Assembly (NCBI GenBank): GCA_046262455.1
Contig: JBHEMS010000002.1
Location: 1,889-65,888, forward strand
DNA from: Candidatus Dormibacteria bacterium
Lineage (GTDB): Bacteria; Chloroflexota; Dormibacteria; DASZGP01
Direction: 5' to 3'
DNA: 64,000 nt
Shown: piece by piece, positions 1 to 9,707 of the stretch
How the letters are laid out: each line of letters begins with the position of its first letter
How positions within the stretch are numbered: the first letter of the stretch is position 1
Translations under genes and position numbers: made by a program
Notes under the pieces: generated by a model
Seen by the model: only the letters and a program-made list of their open reading frames with translations
Told to the model about the DNA's origin: nothing
Database searches by the model: none

Positions 1-108
1 GATGATCAGGGTGCCTTGGCCGGAAAGCCCGGTGACAAAGAACCCGACGATTCCAACCAGCAGGTAAACAGCGCCAAAGACGCCCGCTGCGAGCTTGGAA
101 AGCGGCAT
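1..108 (-). CDS. DUF4383-like small membrane protein, N-terminal 36 codons only (gene runs off the window start)
   Basis: ATG at 108 with GGAGGT about 7 nt upstream. Translation MPLSKLAAGVFGAVYLLVGIVGFFVTGLSGQGTLII fits the conserved N-terminus I recognise for DUF4383. Different frame from track ORF 6..278. Confidence 0.6.
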   Translation of the reverse strand, partial: MPLSKLAAGVFGAVYLLVGIVGFFVTGLSGQGTLII

Positions 109-225
109 GTTGGGAACCTCCAAATTTGGTGACCGGCGGATACCGGCGTACCTCTCTTGCCCGTAATACGCGACCTCCGGCTGGGTCGGATCACCACGGC
201 GGCGCCGACGCTAGGCTTGCCGGAG

Positions 226-1110
226 ATGCCTGGCGTCTCCCGGGTCCTGGTGGGGACCTGCAACTGGTCTGACCACAAGCACTTCTACCCGCCTGGCCTG
301 CCCGCGGGCGAGCGACTGGCCCACTATGCGCGCCTGTTTCCAATCGTCGAGGTGGACACCACCTTCTACGGGATCGCCAAGCCTGAGACGGGGGAAAGGT
401 GGGCGGCGGCAACGCCGCCGGGGTTCGCGTTCAACGTCAAGGCCTATCGCAGCCTGACCCTGCATGAGCGCGACGGGACCACCCCAAGGCCGCCGACCCG
501 CGAAGAGGAGCGTGATTTCATGGCCCTGCTCCAGCCCATCCGCGAGGCGGGCAAGCTGCGCGCCGTCCACTACCAGTTCCCCCCATGGTTCAAGGCGTCA
601 GCCCGGAACATGGACTTCGTCTCCAGGCTCCCCGACCGGCACCCCGACGACCAGGTCATCGTCGAGTTTCGGCACCGCTCGTGGGCCGAGCCCGAGCGCT
701 TTGATGTCGTGACTGAGCTGCTCTCCGAGGCCGGCATGACGTACTGCGTGGTGGACGCTCCGCAGGTGGGATCCGCGACCATGCCGCCACACATCGTGGT
801 GACCAGCCCCCGGCTCGCCGTCATCCGTTTCCACGGCCACAACACCCGCAAGTGGTACGTCAAGAACGCCCGCAGCTCGACCGAGCGCTTCGACTACCTC
901 TACAGCGAGGAGGAGCTGCGCCAGTGGGTGCCCCGGATCCGTGACGTGGCAGCCGAGGCGGAGGAGGTGCACGTCCTCTTCAACAACAACCGCTCGAATT
1001 ACGCGGTGCACAACGGGCTGCAGATGGCGCACCTCCTGGAGCTCGGCCTCCCGGACCCAGGCACCGTGCCCCCGGTTGTGGAGGCTGAGCAGGACGAGCT
1101 TCCGCTCTAA
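226..1110 (+). CDS. DUF72 (UPF0759) family protein
   Basis: Track ORF 157..1110. VLVGTCNWSDHKHFYPPGLP...FPIVEVDTTFYG is the typical DUF72 N-terminus. ATG 226 preferred; TTG 157 is an alternative start. Confidence 0.85.
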   Translation: MPGVSRVLVGTCNWSDHKHFYPPGLPAGERLAHYARLFPIVEVDTTFYGIAKPETGERWAAATPPGFAFNVKAYRSLTLHERDGTTPRPPTREEERDFMALLQPIREAGKLRAVHYQFPPWFKASARNMDFVSRLPDRHPDDQVIVEFRHRSWAEPERFDVVTELLSEAGMTYCVVDAPQVGSATMPPHIVVTSPRLAVIRFHGHNTRKWYVKNARSSTERFDYLYSEEELRQWVPRIRDVAAEAEEVHVLFNNNRSNYAVHNGLQMAHLLELGLPDPGTVPPVVEAEQDELPL

Positions 1111-1913
1111 GGGCCCTCCCCGCCCTCGATCACCACGGGCAGACGCTCCTGCGGGGCCACCGCCCAGGCCGCGAGGAATGCCTCCCGGCTGGCGTACGAG
1201 AGATCCATGGACACCGCTGGAATGGAGGTCCTGAACGGGGTCACCAACAGGGGGTAGGGGTTGAGGGTGTAGCGCCCGGGCGCGACCATCGCGACCTTGA
1301 GTGCGACGGTGTCGCCGCCCGCGTAGCATGCCGGCACCGGTGCATAGTCCATCACCCACGGCTCCTCGCGGGACTGGCGGCAGATGTCGAGGGAGATACG
1401 GTCCCACAGCTGAAGCCACTTGTAGTTCGCCTCCAACAAGGCCTCGTCAGCGTCGGACGGCGGAAGCTGCCGGCGCAGCACCTCCTGGCGATTGCGCTCC
1501 TCCTCGACGAAGGCGCGCAGGGCCATCCCCTGGGCGCCGGGAAAGCGGTCCGGCGTCGCGAACGGCTGCCACCCCCAGTGGGACGTGAAGAACCCCGAGT
1601 AGTGCAGGCTGACGAGCAGCCCGGCGTACGGGTCGATCGCGGTGATTGCGCTGACCCCCGCCGCGTACATGGATGACGTCCTGACGCGGTCAACCTCATT
1701 GAAGCTCAGCGGCCGCCCATCGCGAACCTCCGGGGCCTCGTCGAACACTAACCATGCGTCATCGTGCAGCCGCGCACCGACGGTCACCGCAGGGTACGGC
1801 CGCGGCCGCTCCCATGGGGCCTGCCCCCACGCCGCCGCGAGGCTGCCGGAGAGCTCAGCGTGGTCCGCCTGACGGACGATGACGAGCCGCTCGCCTTCCT
1901 GGCGGACGATCAC
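1107..1913 (-). CDS. DUF3891-like hypothetical protein
   Basis: 268-aa ORF. N-terminus MIVRQEGERLVIVRQADHAELSG resembles DUF3891 proteins. High GC3. 4-nt convergent overlap with DUF72. Confidence 0.7.
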   Translation of the reverse strand: MIVRQEGERLVIVRQADHAELSGSLAAAWGQAPWERPRPYPAVTVGARLHDDAWLVFDEAPEVRDGRPLSFNEVDRVRTSSMYAAGVSAITAIDPYAGLLVSLHYSGFFTSHWGWQPFATPDRFPGAQGMALRAFVEEERNRQEVLRRQLPPSDADEALLEANYKWLQLWDRISLDICRQSREEPWVMDYAPVPACYAGGDTVALKVAMVAPGRYTLNPYPLLVTPFRTSIPAVSMDLSYASREAFLAAWAVAPQERLPVVIEGGEGP

Positions 1914-1925
1914 GGCTCGACGGCG

Positions 1926-2669
1926 TTAAGCCCGTTCGGTTGAGGGTGGCGGGACGTCGGTCTCGACGTCCTCGGACCCGTGGATCAGGACACGCTCGTA
2001 GAGCATCCCGGCGGCTACGGCGCCGAGGACCGGGGCAGCCCAGTAGAGAAGGAAGTGACGACCGTCAAGCGCGCCCCCCAGCAGGGCCGGCCCAAATGCG
2101 CGGGCAGGGTTCATGGCGGCGCCGGTGAGCGGACCGCCCATCAAGATGTCGAAGAAGAGCACGAAGCCGATGCCGAAGCCGGCGATCTTGCCGAAAGCGC
2201 CTCGAGGGTCGACCGCGGTCGCGAAGACCACCGTCACCAGGAAGAAGGTCAGGATGACCTCGATGACCATGCCGTGGATATTTCCGAGGCCCCCCGCAGG
2301 GACGGGGGCGCCCAGCTTCACAGCGGCGGTGACGGCGTCGGGAAAGATGTACCGGAGCAGGCCCGCGGCCGCGACCCCGGCGACGAGCTGGGTGACCACG
2401 TACATGCCGGCCAGCGCCGGGGCGATCTTTCGGGCAACCGCCGCGGCGACGGTAACCGCGGGGTTGAAATGAGCGCCGGAGATGTGCCCGAGTGCGGTGA
2501 TCATCACCCCCAGCACCATGGCGTGCGCGGTCGCGACGAGCAGGAGGTCTCCGGGACCGAAGGGTATCGGGCCGCGCACGAAGGCGTCGGCGCAGATCGA
2601 CCCGGCGCCAAAGAATGTCAGGGCAAAGGTGCCCAGGAACTCCGCAGTGAGGACGCGCGCGTGCTTCAT
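1926..2669 (-). CDS. MIP-family channel (aquaporin/glycerol facilitator)
   Basis: Two NPA boxes (HFNPAVT, MNPARAFGP) and six hydrophobic segments. ATG 2669 is preceded by GGGAGG; the track start at 2741 is probably too long. Confidence 0.9.
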   Translation of the reverse strand: MKHARVLTAEFLGTFALTFFGAGSICADAFVRGPIPFGPGDLLLVATAHAMVLGVMITALGHISGAHFNPAVTVAAAVARKIAPALAGMYVVTQLVAGVAAAGLLRYIFPDAVTAAVKLGAPVPAGGLGNIHGMVIEVILTFFLVTVVFATAVDPRGAFGKIAGFGIGFVLFFDILMGGPLTGAAMNPARAFGPALLGGALDGRHFLLYWAAPVLGAVAAGMLYERVLIHGSEDVETDVPPPSTERA

Positions 2670-2794
2670 CCGACCCTCCCAGAGCTTCAGATCGCCCGAA
2701 GTATATCGGCGCCTCCGGGCCCCGGAGACAGCTAATATCACCCGGCCCGAGCCGGTGGAAAGACGCCGTGGGAGGCCGAACTTGGAGGTGCTGG

Positions 2795-3547
2795 ATGCGA
2801 TTTGACAACCGGGTGGCCCTGGTCACCGGCGGCGGCCGCGGGATCGGGGCGGGAACTGCCAGGCGGCTGGCGTCAGAGGGTGCGACGGTGGTCGTGGCAG
2901 ACCTCGACCAGGCGCCCGCGCAGGAGGTGGTCGCGGAGATCGAATCCACTGGCGGCAAAGGGCTTGCGCTTGCCTGCGATGTGACCGAGCGAGCATCGGT
3001 GGAGGCCATGTTCGACCAGGCCATCGCGAAGTACGGCCAGCTTGACATCCTGGTCGCCTGCGCGGGGATCATCCGCGACAACCTGATCCACAAGATGACG
3101 GACGACGACTGGGATGCGGTGATCAACACCCACCTCAAGGGCACCTTTTTGTGCGCCCAGGCCGCCCAGAAACACATGACGCCGCGGAAGTACGGAAAGA
3201 TGGTGTTCCTGTCCTCCACCTCGGCGCTGGGGAACCGCGGCCAGACGAACTACTCGACGGCCAAGGCCGGCCTGCAGGGAATGGCGCGCACCCTGGCGCT
3301 GGAGCTGGGGCGTTTCAACATCAATGTGAACGCGGTCGCCCCGGGCTTCGTCGACACCCGCATGACCCAGGCCACCGCCGAGCGCATGGGCGTCGACTAC
3401 GAGCAGTTCAAGCAGGGCGCGGCGGCGATGATCCCTCTCCAGCGGGTCGGCACCCCGGAGGACCTCGCCGGTGCGATCGCCTTTCTCTGCAGTGACGACG
3501 CGGGCTTCATCAGCGGACAGGTGCTGTACGTCCGTGGAGGGCCGTAG
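2795..3547 (+). CDS. fabG: Short-chain dehydrogenase/reductase, 3-oxoacyl-ACP reductase-like
   Basis: TGGGRGIG Rossmann motif, NNAG-like ACAG, YSTAK catalytic motif. GGAGGTG RBS before ATG 2795. Confidence 0.9.
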   Translation: MRFDNRVALVTGGGRGIGAGTARRLASEGATVVVADLDQAPAQEVVAEIESTGGKGLALACDVTERASVEAMFDQAIAKYGQLDILVACAGIIRDNLIHKMTDDDWDAVINTHLKGTFLCAQAAQKHMTPRKYGKMVFLSSTSALGNRGQTNYSTAKAGLQGMARTLALELGRFNINVNAVAPGFVDTRMTQATAERMGVDYEQFKQGAAAMIPLQRVGTPEDLAGAIAFLCSDDAGFISGQVLYVRGGP

Positions 3548-3550
3548 GCG

Positions 3551-4036
3551 ATGCCCGCCAGGCGGCCGGCGCCACCAAAGCCAACGCCGCCCCACCGCCC
3601 CGGTGCCGTGTCGGGAACTCCAGCGATCCTGTCGGACCTCCTCCGGGGACCGCTGCAGATGGTCGGTCAGGCAACCGGCCTGGACAGCGCGGCGCGCTCC
3701 ATGGAGCGGCTTGCAGCCTCCGCCGACCGCGCCGCCACGATGCTGGAAACCCTCGACGCCAAACGGCTCGACCGGCTGGTGGCCTCCGCGGAGCGCGCCG
3801 CGGCCGTGCTCGATCGCCTCGAGCGGGAGGTCGGCGTGGACCGGGTCATCAGCGTCCTTGAACGCCTCGAGCGCCTGAGCGAGACGGCGGACCAGATGAA
3901 CCGCAGCCTCCGCGCCGTCGAGCGCCTGGCCCTCGACGTGCAGAAGCGCGTCGTAGAGCCACTTGACCGGTTGCCCATTCCGCGGGCGCTGAGAACAGGC
4001 CTGGGGGGCGGGTCGAAGAAGAAGCCCGGCCGCTGA
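3551..4036 (+). CDS. Hypothetical protein with repeated LERL/DRL helical motifs
   Basis: 161-aa ORF filling the gap between fabG and the FAD oxidase. High GC3. Pro-rich N-terminus, then repeated L(E/D)RL heptad-like segments. No family recognised. Confidence 0.6.
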   Translation: MPARRPAPPKPTPPHRPGAVSGTPAILSDLLRGPLQMVGQATGLDSAARSMERLAASADRAATMLETLDAKRLDRLVASAERAAAVLDRLEREVGVDRVISVLERLERLSETADQMNRSLRAVERLALDVQKRVVEPLDRLPIPRALRTGLGGGSKKKPGR

Positions 4037-4038
4037 GC

Positions 4039-5667
4039 GTGACCGCCGACGCGCCCCGGGTGCGTTCCTGGTGGGGATGGGGCTGGGAGGATGCCGCGCT
4101 GGCCGGGGCGGAGCTGGAGGCGCTGGCGACGACGGTCGCGGCCCTCACCGGCGCGACCCCGGAGGTTCGCCGGCCGCCGGCCGTCGAGGACCTGGTCCTG
4201 CGGGCGCCCCGGGTCACCCCGCCCGGCGCGCTTCACGAACTGTGCAGCCAGGCTCCTCACGACCGCGCCGGCCACGCGCACGGCAAGGCTTTCCGGGATG
4301 TCGCTAGGAACCTCCTGGCGGATGTCCAGGACCCGCCCGACGTCGTCGCGCGGCCCCGCGACGAGGATGACGTCATTGCGCTACTCGAGTGGTGCTCTGA
4401 GGCCGGCCTGGCCGCGATCCCCTACGGCGGGGGTTCCTCGGTGGTGGGCGGAGTCGAACCCAGGGTCGGACCCGGCTTCGCGGGGACGGTCTCCATTGAC
4501 CTGGGCCTCATGGACCGCGTGCTCGAGGTAGATGCCATCAGCCAGTCGGCGCGCATCCAGGGGGGTGCCCTGGGTCCGTGGCTGGAGGAACAGCTGCGAC
4601 CCCACGGCCTGACGCTGCGCCATTTCCCGCAGTCCTTCGAGTTCTCGACCCTGGGCGGCTGGCTGGCCACCAGGGCCGGAGGTCATTTCGCCACCCTCTA
4701 CACCCATATCGACGACCTGACCGAGGCCCTGCGCGTGGTGACGCCGGCGGGGGTGGTGCAGACGCGGCGTCTGCCTGGCTCGGGCGCGGGACCGGCGCCC
4801 GATCGCATGTTCCTCGGCTCTGAGGGCGCCCTGGGGATCATCACCGAAGGTTGGATGCGCCTCACGCCGCGGCCGCGTTGGCGGGCTTCCTGCTCCATCC
4901 GGTTCGACAACTTCGAGGCCGGTGTCGCCGCCACACGAGCGGTTGCGCAGGCTCGCCTCTATCCCTCGAACTGCCGACTCCTCGACGGGAATGAGGCCGC
5001 GCTGTCGGCCGGCTCGCCCGGGGTGGGTGCACTGCTGGTGCTGGCATTCGAGTCCGCCGACCACCCCGTGGGCGGGTGGCTGGACCGGGCGCTGGAGATC
5101 TGTCGCGACGGGGGAGGACGGCCGGACGAACCGCGCGTGTCAGACGCCGGCACGGGTGCCGAGGCGGCGGGGCGTGAGGGGGCCACGGGAGCCTGGCGCC
5201 AGGCGTTCATGCGGGCACCCTACACGCGTGACGCGCTGGCGCGGATGGGGATGGTGGTCGAAACCTTTGAGACCGCGTGCCCCTGGGACCGCTTTGGGAC
5301 ACTGCATTCAGGGGTCATCGAAGCCGCCCGGGCCGCGACCGCGGCGTCATGCGGCGGGACGGCTCTCGTCACCTGCCGCTTCACCCACGTTTACCCCGAC
5401 GGGCCGGCACCCTATTTCAGCGTCATCGCGCCTGGCCGCTGGGGTGACCAGGTGGCGCAGTGGGACGAGATCAAGGCGGCGGTGTCCGAGGCGGTGCTGG
5501 CCGCGGGTGGCACAACGACCCACCACCATGCGGTGGGCCGCGACCACCTTCCCTACTACGAGCGGGAGCGCCCGCCGCTCTTCGGCAAAGCCCTGGAAGC
5601 GGTGAAGACGACGCTGGATCCCAGCGGAATCCTCAACCCCGGGGTCCTGGTTGCCCGCGACCGCTGA
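4039..5667 (+). CDS. FAD-binding oxidoreductase (FAD-linked oxidase, alkyl-DHAP-synthase-like)
   Basis: GTG start. WWGWGWED N-terminus, PYGGGSSVVGG FAD-binding motif, C-terminal HHHAVGRDH...LDPSGILNPG. Confidence 0.9.
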   Translation: MTADAPRVRSWWGWGWEDAALAGAELEALATTVAALTGATPEVRRPPAVEDLVLRAPRVTPPGALHELCSQAPHDRAGHAHGKAFRDVARNLLADVQDPPDVVARPRDEDDVIALLEWCSEAGLAAIPYGGGSSVVGGVEPRVGPGFAGTVSIDLGLMDRVLEVDAISQSARIQGGALGPWLEEQLRPHGLTLRHFPQSFEFSTLGGWLATRAGGHFATLYTHIDDLTEALRVVTPAGVVQTRRLPGSGAGPAPDRMFLGSEGALGIITEGWMRLTPRPRWRASCSIRFDNFEAGVAATRAVAQARLYPSNCRLLDGNEAALSAGSPGVGALLVLAFESADHPVGGWLDRALEICRDGGGRPDEPRVSDAGTGAEAAGREGATGAWRQAFMRAPYTRDALARMGMVVETFETACPWDRFGTLHSGVIEAARAATAASCGGTALVTCRFTHVYPDGPAPYFSVIAPGRWGDQVAQWDEIKAAVSEAVLAAGGTTTHHHAVGRDHLPYYERERPPLFGKALEAVKTTLDPSGILNPGVLVARDR

Positions 5668-5723
5668 GCGGGTTTACAAAGATTTACGGCTAACTGGTGA
5701 TCCTTTAGGAACACGACTCTACC

Positions 5724-6761
5724 GTGGAGTCAGTGACCTGGGGGACAATCAAATCCACGACATGGGCGCGGCTCGGCGCTCACATCGGCATCCTGCTGGC
5801 GGTGGCGGGACTGTGGCTGGTGCCGAACGGGCACGCCCGCATGTCGGCCGATAGGGAGCGGGTCAGCCCGGCTATCCTCGACGCTCGTGTGACGCCCGCC
5901 CCCCCGGCCGAGGGCGCCGGGCTGACGGCATCTGCGAAACAGCCCTCCGCCCTCCCGCTGGCAGCCGCCGACGTGCAGTACGTGCCCGTGCCAACGGCCG
6001 AAAGACCCGGGCACTATACGGCTGCGCCCGCGCATGCCGCTGCCCCCGCCGGGAGGTCCGCAGGTGCGCCGGCGCCACCGCCTGCGAGTGGAGGCTGGGG
6101 TTACGACATCTCCTGGCCGCAGTGTGACGGGTCCTACCCGACCACGGCCGATGTGCTGACCGTGGGGGTTACCAACGGCCGGCCCTTCACCACCAACCCA
6201 TGCCTGGGGACGGAATGGGGCTGGGCCCGCACGAGCAAATTCGCCGGTGGGTCCCAGGCGTACATCAATCTTGAGCTGGACGGAACCTCCAGCGGCCCTC
6301 ATGCTTGCGCCGCAGAAGATCATGCCTGCCGCGCGTATGACTACGGGATGATCACCGCCCGCGACGCGATCGGCCGCGGCACCTCCCAGGGTGTTCGCCC
6401 TGACTTCTGGTGGCTGGATGTCGAGGTCGGCAATAACTGGTCGGATGACCAGCCCGACTGGAACGCCCGCGCGGTGCAGGGCGCCATCGACGTCTTCCAG
6501 CAGCGCGGCCTGCCGGTGGGCGTGTACTCGAGCTACGACCAGTGGACGCAGATCGTTCCGGATACATACCGCCCGGCGGTGCCGGTTTGGCGCGCGGTCG
6601 TGGGCGACGCCTCAATGGCGGCCTCGATGTGCGCGCAGTCTCACTCCTTCACATCGGGGTCGGTCTTCATGGTCCAGTACGACGACCATGGCTTCGACCA
6701 GGACTACATCTGCCCTGCGGGGCAGGCCGCCTTCCGAACAGGTGCGGCGCACCCACACTGA
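5724..6761 (+). CDS. Secreted glycoside-hydrolase-like protein (DUF1906/GH25-like)
   Basis: N-terminal hydrophobic anchor (ILLAVAGLWLV), an Ala/Pro-rich linker, then a GYDISWPQC...FWWLDVE core typical of lysozyme-like DUF1906 domains. Confidence 0.7.
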   Translation: MESVTWGTIKSTTWARLGAHIGILLAVAGLWLVPNGHARMSADRERVSPAILDARVTPAPPAEGAGLTASAKQPSALPLAAADVQYVPVPTAERPGHYTAAPAHAAAPAGRSAGAPAPPPASGGWGYDISWPQCDGSYPTTADVLTVGVTNGRPFTTNPCLGTEWGWARTSKFAGGSQAYINLELDGTSSGPHACAAEDHACRAYDYGMITARDAIGRGTSQGVRPDFWWLDVEVGNNWSDDQPDWNARAVQGAIDVFQQRGLPVGVYSSYDQWTQIVPDTYRPAVPVWRAVVGDASMAASMCAQSHSFTSGSVFMVQYDDHGFDQDYICPAGQAAFRTGAAHPH

Positions 6762-6777
6762 GGCCCGGGTGCGGGGG

Positions 6778-6854
6778 TGGCGACCCCGACCGGACTTGAA
6801 CCGGCGACCTCCGCCTTGACAGGGCGGCGCGCTAACCAACTGCGCTACGGGGCC
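6778..6854 (-). tRNA. tRNA-Asp (anticodon GTC), CCA encoded
   Basis: Reverse complement GGCCCCGTAGCGCAGTTGGTTAGCGCGCCGCCCTGTCAAGGCGGAGGTCGCCGGTTCAAGTCCGGTCGGGGTCGCCA. It folds by hand into a cloverleaf with anticodon loop CTGTCAA. Confidence 0.95.
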
Positions 6855-6908
6855 ACGCCAGTGAGCCGGCCGTCGAGCCGGGACAGCAGATTATAGGAGC
6901 CGCCCCGC

Positions 6909-7703
6909 TCAGGTGAGGTAGCGGCGGACCAGTTCGGCGATGCCATCCTGGCCGGGCGGTGCGACCGTTGCGCCGGCGGCGGCGAGGACCTCGGGACGCG
7001 CGTCGGAGGGTGCCACCGCCAGGCCGGCGTACTCGAAAAGCTCGAGGTCGTTGGGGCCGTCACCGGCAGCGATCACCTGCTCCCGGCTGATCCCGTGGCG
7101 GTCGCAGACGAAGTGCAGCGCGGTGGCCTTACTCACGCGGGCGTCGATGACCTCCAGGAACTCGGGCATTGAGTAGGTGGCACGCGCCGCGGGGGCCGTC
7201 GCACGGCGGACCACCTCCTCATGTGCCGCCAGCTCGTCGTGGGGCGCCACGAACACCGCCTTGGTCGAGCCCCGCGACGCCACCTCGGCGAGGTCCGGCA
7301 CCACGGTCGGGTCAACCTGCGCGACCTCGGAGTAACGTCGGGCACCCCATCCCAGCTCCTCAACGTAGAAGTTGTCGTCGTGGTAGAGGTTGAGATGGAG
7401 GTGAGCCCGGCGCGAGACGTCCACGCATGTGCGCGCCGATTTCGCGTCCAGGCCCACCTCGCGGAGGAGCTCGCCGTCGGGGCGGCGCACCACCGCGCCC
7501 TGGTAGCAGATCACCGGCTCGGGTGTCCCGATCTGCTCGGCATACGGCAGTGCAGACCGAAACATGCGCCCGGTGGCGAGGACCACGCGCACCCCCCCGG
7601 CGACGGCACCGTGCAGCGCCTCAAGGTTGGCCGGCGTTATCTGCAGGCTGGAGTCCACCAGGGTGCCGTCAACGTCGATGGCCAGCAGTTTGAACCGGCT
7701 CAA
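6909..7703 (-). CDS. Cof-type HAD-IIB phosphatase
   Basis: LLAIDVDGTL motif I, TGR motif II, GDGPND motif IV. Confidence 0.9.
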   Translation of the reverse strand: MSRFKLLAIDVDGTLVDSSLQITPANLEALHGAVAGGVRVVLATGRMFRSALPYAEQIGTPEPVICYQGAVVRRPDGELLREVGLDAKSARTCVDVSRRAHLHLNLYHDDNFYVEELGWGARRYSEVAQVDPTVVPDLAEVASRGSTKAVFVAPHDELAAHEEVVRRATAPAARATYSMPEFLEVIDARVSKATALHFVCDRHGISREQVIAAGDGPNDLELFEYAGLAVAPSDARPEVLAAAGATVAPPGQDGIAELVRRYLT

Positions 7704-8653
7704 CGCGCGAGCACCTCGGGGTTCACGGCGTTAGGGGGTATTTCTCCGGTCAGCGCCGCCACCAGGTTCACGGCCGCCACCCGCGAGATCTCTGAGCGCG
7801 CCTTTGTCGTGGCGCTGCCGAGATGGGGAAGCAGCACGACATTCTCCAGGTCGAGTAGGTCCGGCTCGACGGCGGGCTCGCGCTCGTAGACGTCCAGCCC
7901 GGCACCCGCGATCCAACCTTCGCGCAGCGCGCGCGCCAGGGCCGCCTCGTCGACCACGGGACCACGGGCGGTGTTGACGAGGTACGCGGTTGGACGCATC
8001 TTGCGAAGGGCGCCCTCATCGACCAGGTGACGCGTCTCGGGCGTCAGTGCGACGTGGACGCTGACGACGTCGGCGGTTGCCAGCAACTCTTCCAGCTCCA
8101 CGCGCCGCGAGCCGAGCGCCTCCGCCTCCGGGTGTTCTCGCCGCGAGGTGTGGACCAAATGCATCCCGAAACCGCGGGCTCGGCGGGCCACGGCCAGGCC
8201 GATCCGCCCCATCCCCAAGATCCCCAGCATCGCGCCCTCAAGTTCCAGGCCCAGCAACATGTGGGGGTTCCATGACCACGGCCGGCGGGAGCGCACCAGG
8301 CGCTCTCCCTCACCCACTCGCCGGGCGCAGGCCAGCACCAAGGCCATGGTGAGGTCGGCGGTGGCAGCGGTCAGGACGCCGGGGGTGTTCGTCACCACGA
8401 TGCCCCGCCGGGTGGCCTCGCCGACGTCTATGTTGTCGTAACCGACGCCATAGTTGGCGATCGCGCGCAGGTCCGGAAGGCGCTCCAACAGGGCGGCATC
8501 CACGCGGTCGCGCACCAGTGTCAGCAGCCCCGCGCAGTCCTCCGCCCCGGCGGCGATGGCATCGGCGTCGGGCACCGGCTCCGCCGGGTGGACGCGCGGG
8601 GCGAACGCGCGCGAAAGAATCTCCACCCCCGGCTCGGGGATGGGGTACGTCAC
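7700..8653 (-). CDS. D-isomer-specific 2-hydroxyacid dehydrogenase (glyoxylate/hydroxypyruvate reductase-like)
   Basis: GILGMGRIG NAD motif and the conserved R/E/H triad region. GTG 8653 (VTYPIPEPGV) lies just after the upstream hisC-like stop. The track start at 8815 overlaps that gene. Confidence 0.88.
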   Translation of the reverse strand: MTYPIPEPGVEILSRAFAPRVHPAEPVPDADAIAAGAEDCAGLLTLVRDRVDAALLERLPDLRAIANYGVGYDNIDVGEATRRGIVVTNTPGVLTAATADLTMALVLACARRVGEGERLVRSRRPWSWNPHMLLGLELEGAMLGILGMGRIGLAVARRARGFGMHLVHTSRREHPEAEALGSRRVELEELLATADVVSVHVALTPETRHLVDEGALRKMRPTAYLVNTARGPVVDEAALARALREGWIAGAGLDVYEREPAVEPDLLDLENVVLLPHLGSATTKARSEISRVAAVNLVAALTGEIPPNAVNPEVLAR

Positions 8654-8672
8654 GAAAACGGGCGGCTTCAGC

Positions 8673-9707
8673 TCAGTCCTGCAACGCGTCCAGCATGGCG
8701 CGGCACTGCTCCCGGGTACCGATCGATATCCGCAGTCCCTGCCGCACCGCGGGGCGATCGAAATAGCGCACCAGGACGTGCCTGAGGAGCAGGTGCTCGT
8801 AGACCTCGCGGGCATCCCCGGGGGGGACGCCGAAAATGAAGTTGGCGCCTGACGGCAGAACGGTCCACCCGCGCTGAGCCAGCTCCTCGCTGAGCAGGCG
8901 ACGGTTGAGGATGATGTCGTCCACGCAGGCCTGCCAGTGGGGCCGGTCCTGCAGCGCAGCCACCGCCGCAGACATGGAAAGACGGTCCATGTTGCAGACG
9001 TCCTTCACCGCCCACAGGTCGGCCACCAGGTCAGGCGCGCCAACGGCGTAGCCGACGCGCAGGCCCGCCAGGCCGTAGGACTTGGACAACGAGCGCACGA
9101 GCAGGAGATTCTCGTGGCGGTCGAGGATCTCGAGCCCGGACCGTGGCGCAAAGTCGACGTAGGCCTCGTCCAGGAGCACGACGCCCCGGGATCGCCGGCA
9201 GAGGTCCTCGACGTCGTCCAGCAAGATCATCGTCCCGGTTGGCGAGTTGGGATTGGTCAGGAACTTCAGCGACGCATCAGAGTTGACGAAGGTCTCCGGC
9301 AGCGTGTAGCCGTCGGCGAACAGGTGCTCCTCGCCTGCAACGCCATTGATCTCCAGGAGCTTGGGGACCAGGGTGTACGACGGCTCGAGGTACGCCGCGC
9401 GGTCGCCGGTCGCCACAAATGCGCGCACTGCCATCGCCAGTACCTCGTCGGCGCCATTGCCGCCGACGACCATCTCCGGCCGCACGTCGAGGGCCTGCGC
9501 CGCAGCCTCGCGAAAAGCACCCTGGGTGGGGTCGGGGTAAAGCGGCAGGAGGTCAATCATGGCATTCACGGCGTCGCGCACACCGGGTGCCGGGGGAAAG
9601 GGGGACTCGTTCGTGTTGAGCTTGGTCCATTCCTCGCCGTCGGCCGGTTGGATCCCGGGGACGTAGGGCTCGAAGGCTGCCAGGCCGGGTTTGCGAAACC
9701 GCGACAT
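8673..9707 (-). CDS. hisC: Histidinol-phosphate aminotransferase family (class II PLP aminotransferase)
   Basis: LNTNESPFPP, YPDP and SLSKSYGLAGLRVGY (PLP lysine). ATG 9707 overlaps the holB stop as TGATG. Confidence 0.85.
   Translation of the reverse strand: MSRFRKPGLAAFEPYVPGIQPADGEEWTKLNTNESPFPPAPGVRDAVNAMIDLLPLYPDPTQGAFREAAAQALDVRPEMVVGGNGADEVLAMAVRAFVATGDRAAYLEPSYTLVPKLLEINGVAGEEHLFADGYTLPETFVNSDASLKFLTNPNSPTGTMILLDDVEDLCRRSRGVVLLDEAYVDFAPRSGLEILDRHENLLLVRSLSKSYGLAGLRVGYAVGAPDLVADLWAVKDVCNMDRLSMSAAVAALQDRPHWQACVDDIILNRRLLSEELAQRGWTVLPSGANFIFGVPPGDAREVYEHLLLRHVLVRYFDRPAVRQGLRISIGTREQCRAMLDALQD

Noticed and set aside
6762-6908. tRNA-Asp as a possible integration hotspot. I looked for an integrase, a direct repeat of the tRNA 3' end, or a compositional break on either side.
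   Set aside because: The flanking genes (GH25-like secreted protein and Cof phosphatase) look native. No integrase or recombinase, and no partial tRNA duplicate, is visible anywhere in the window.
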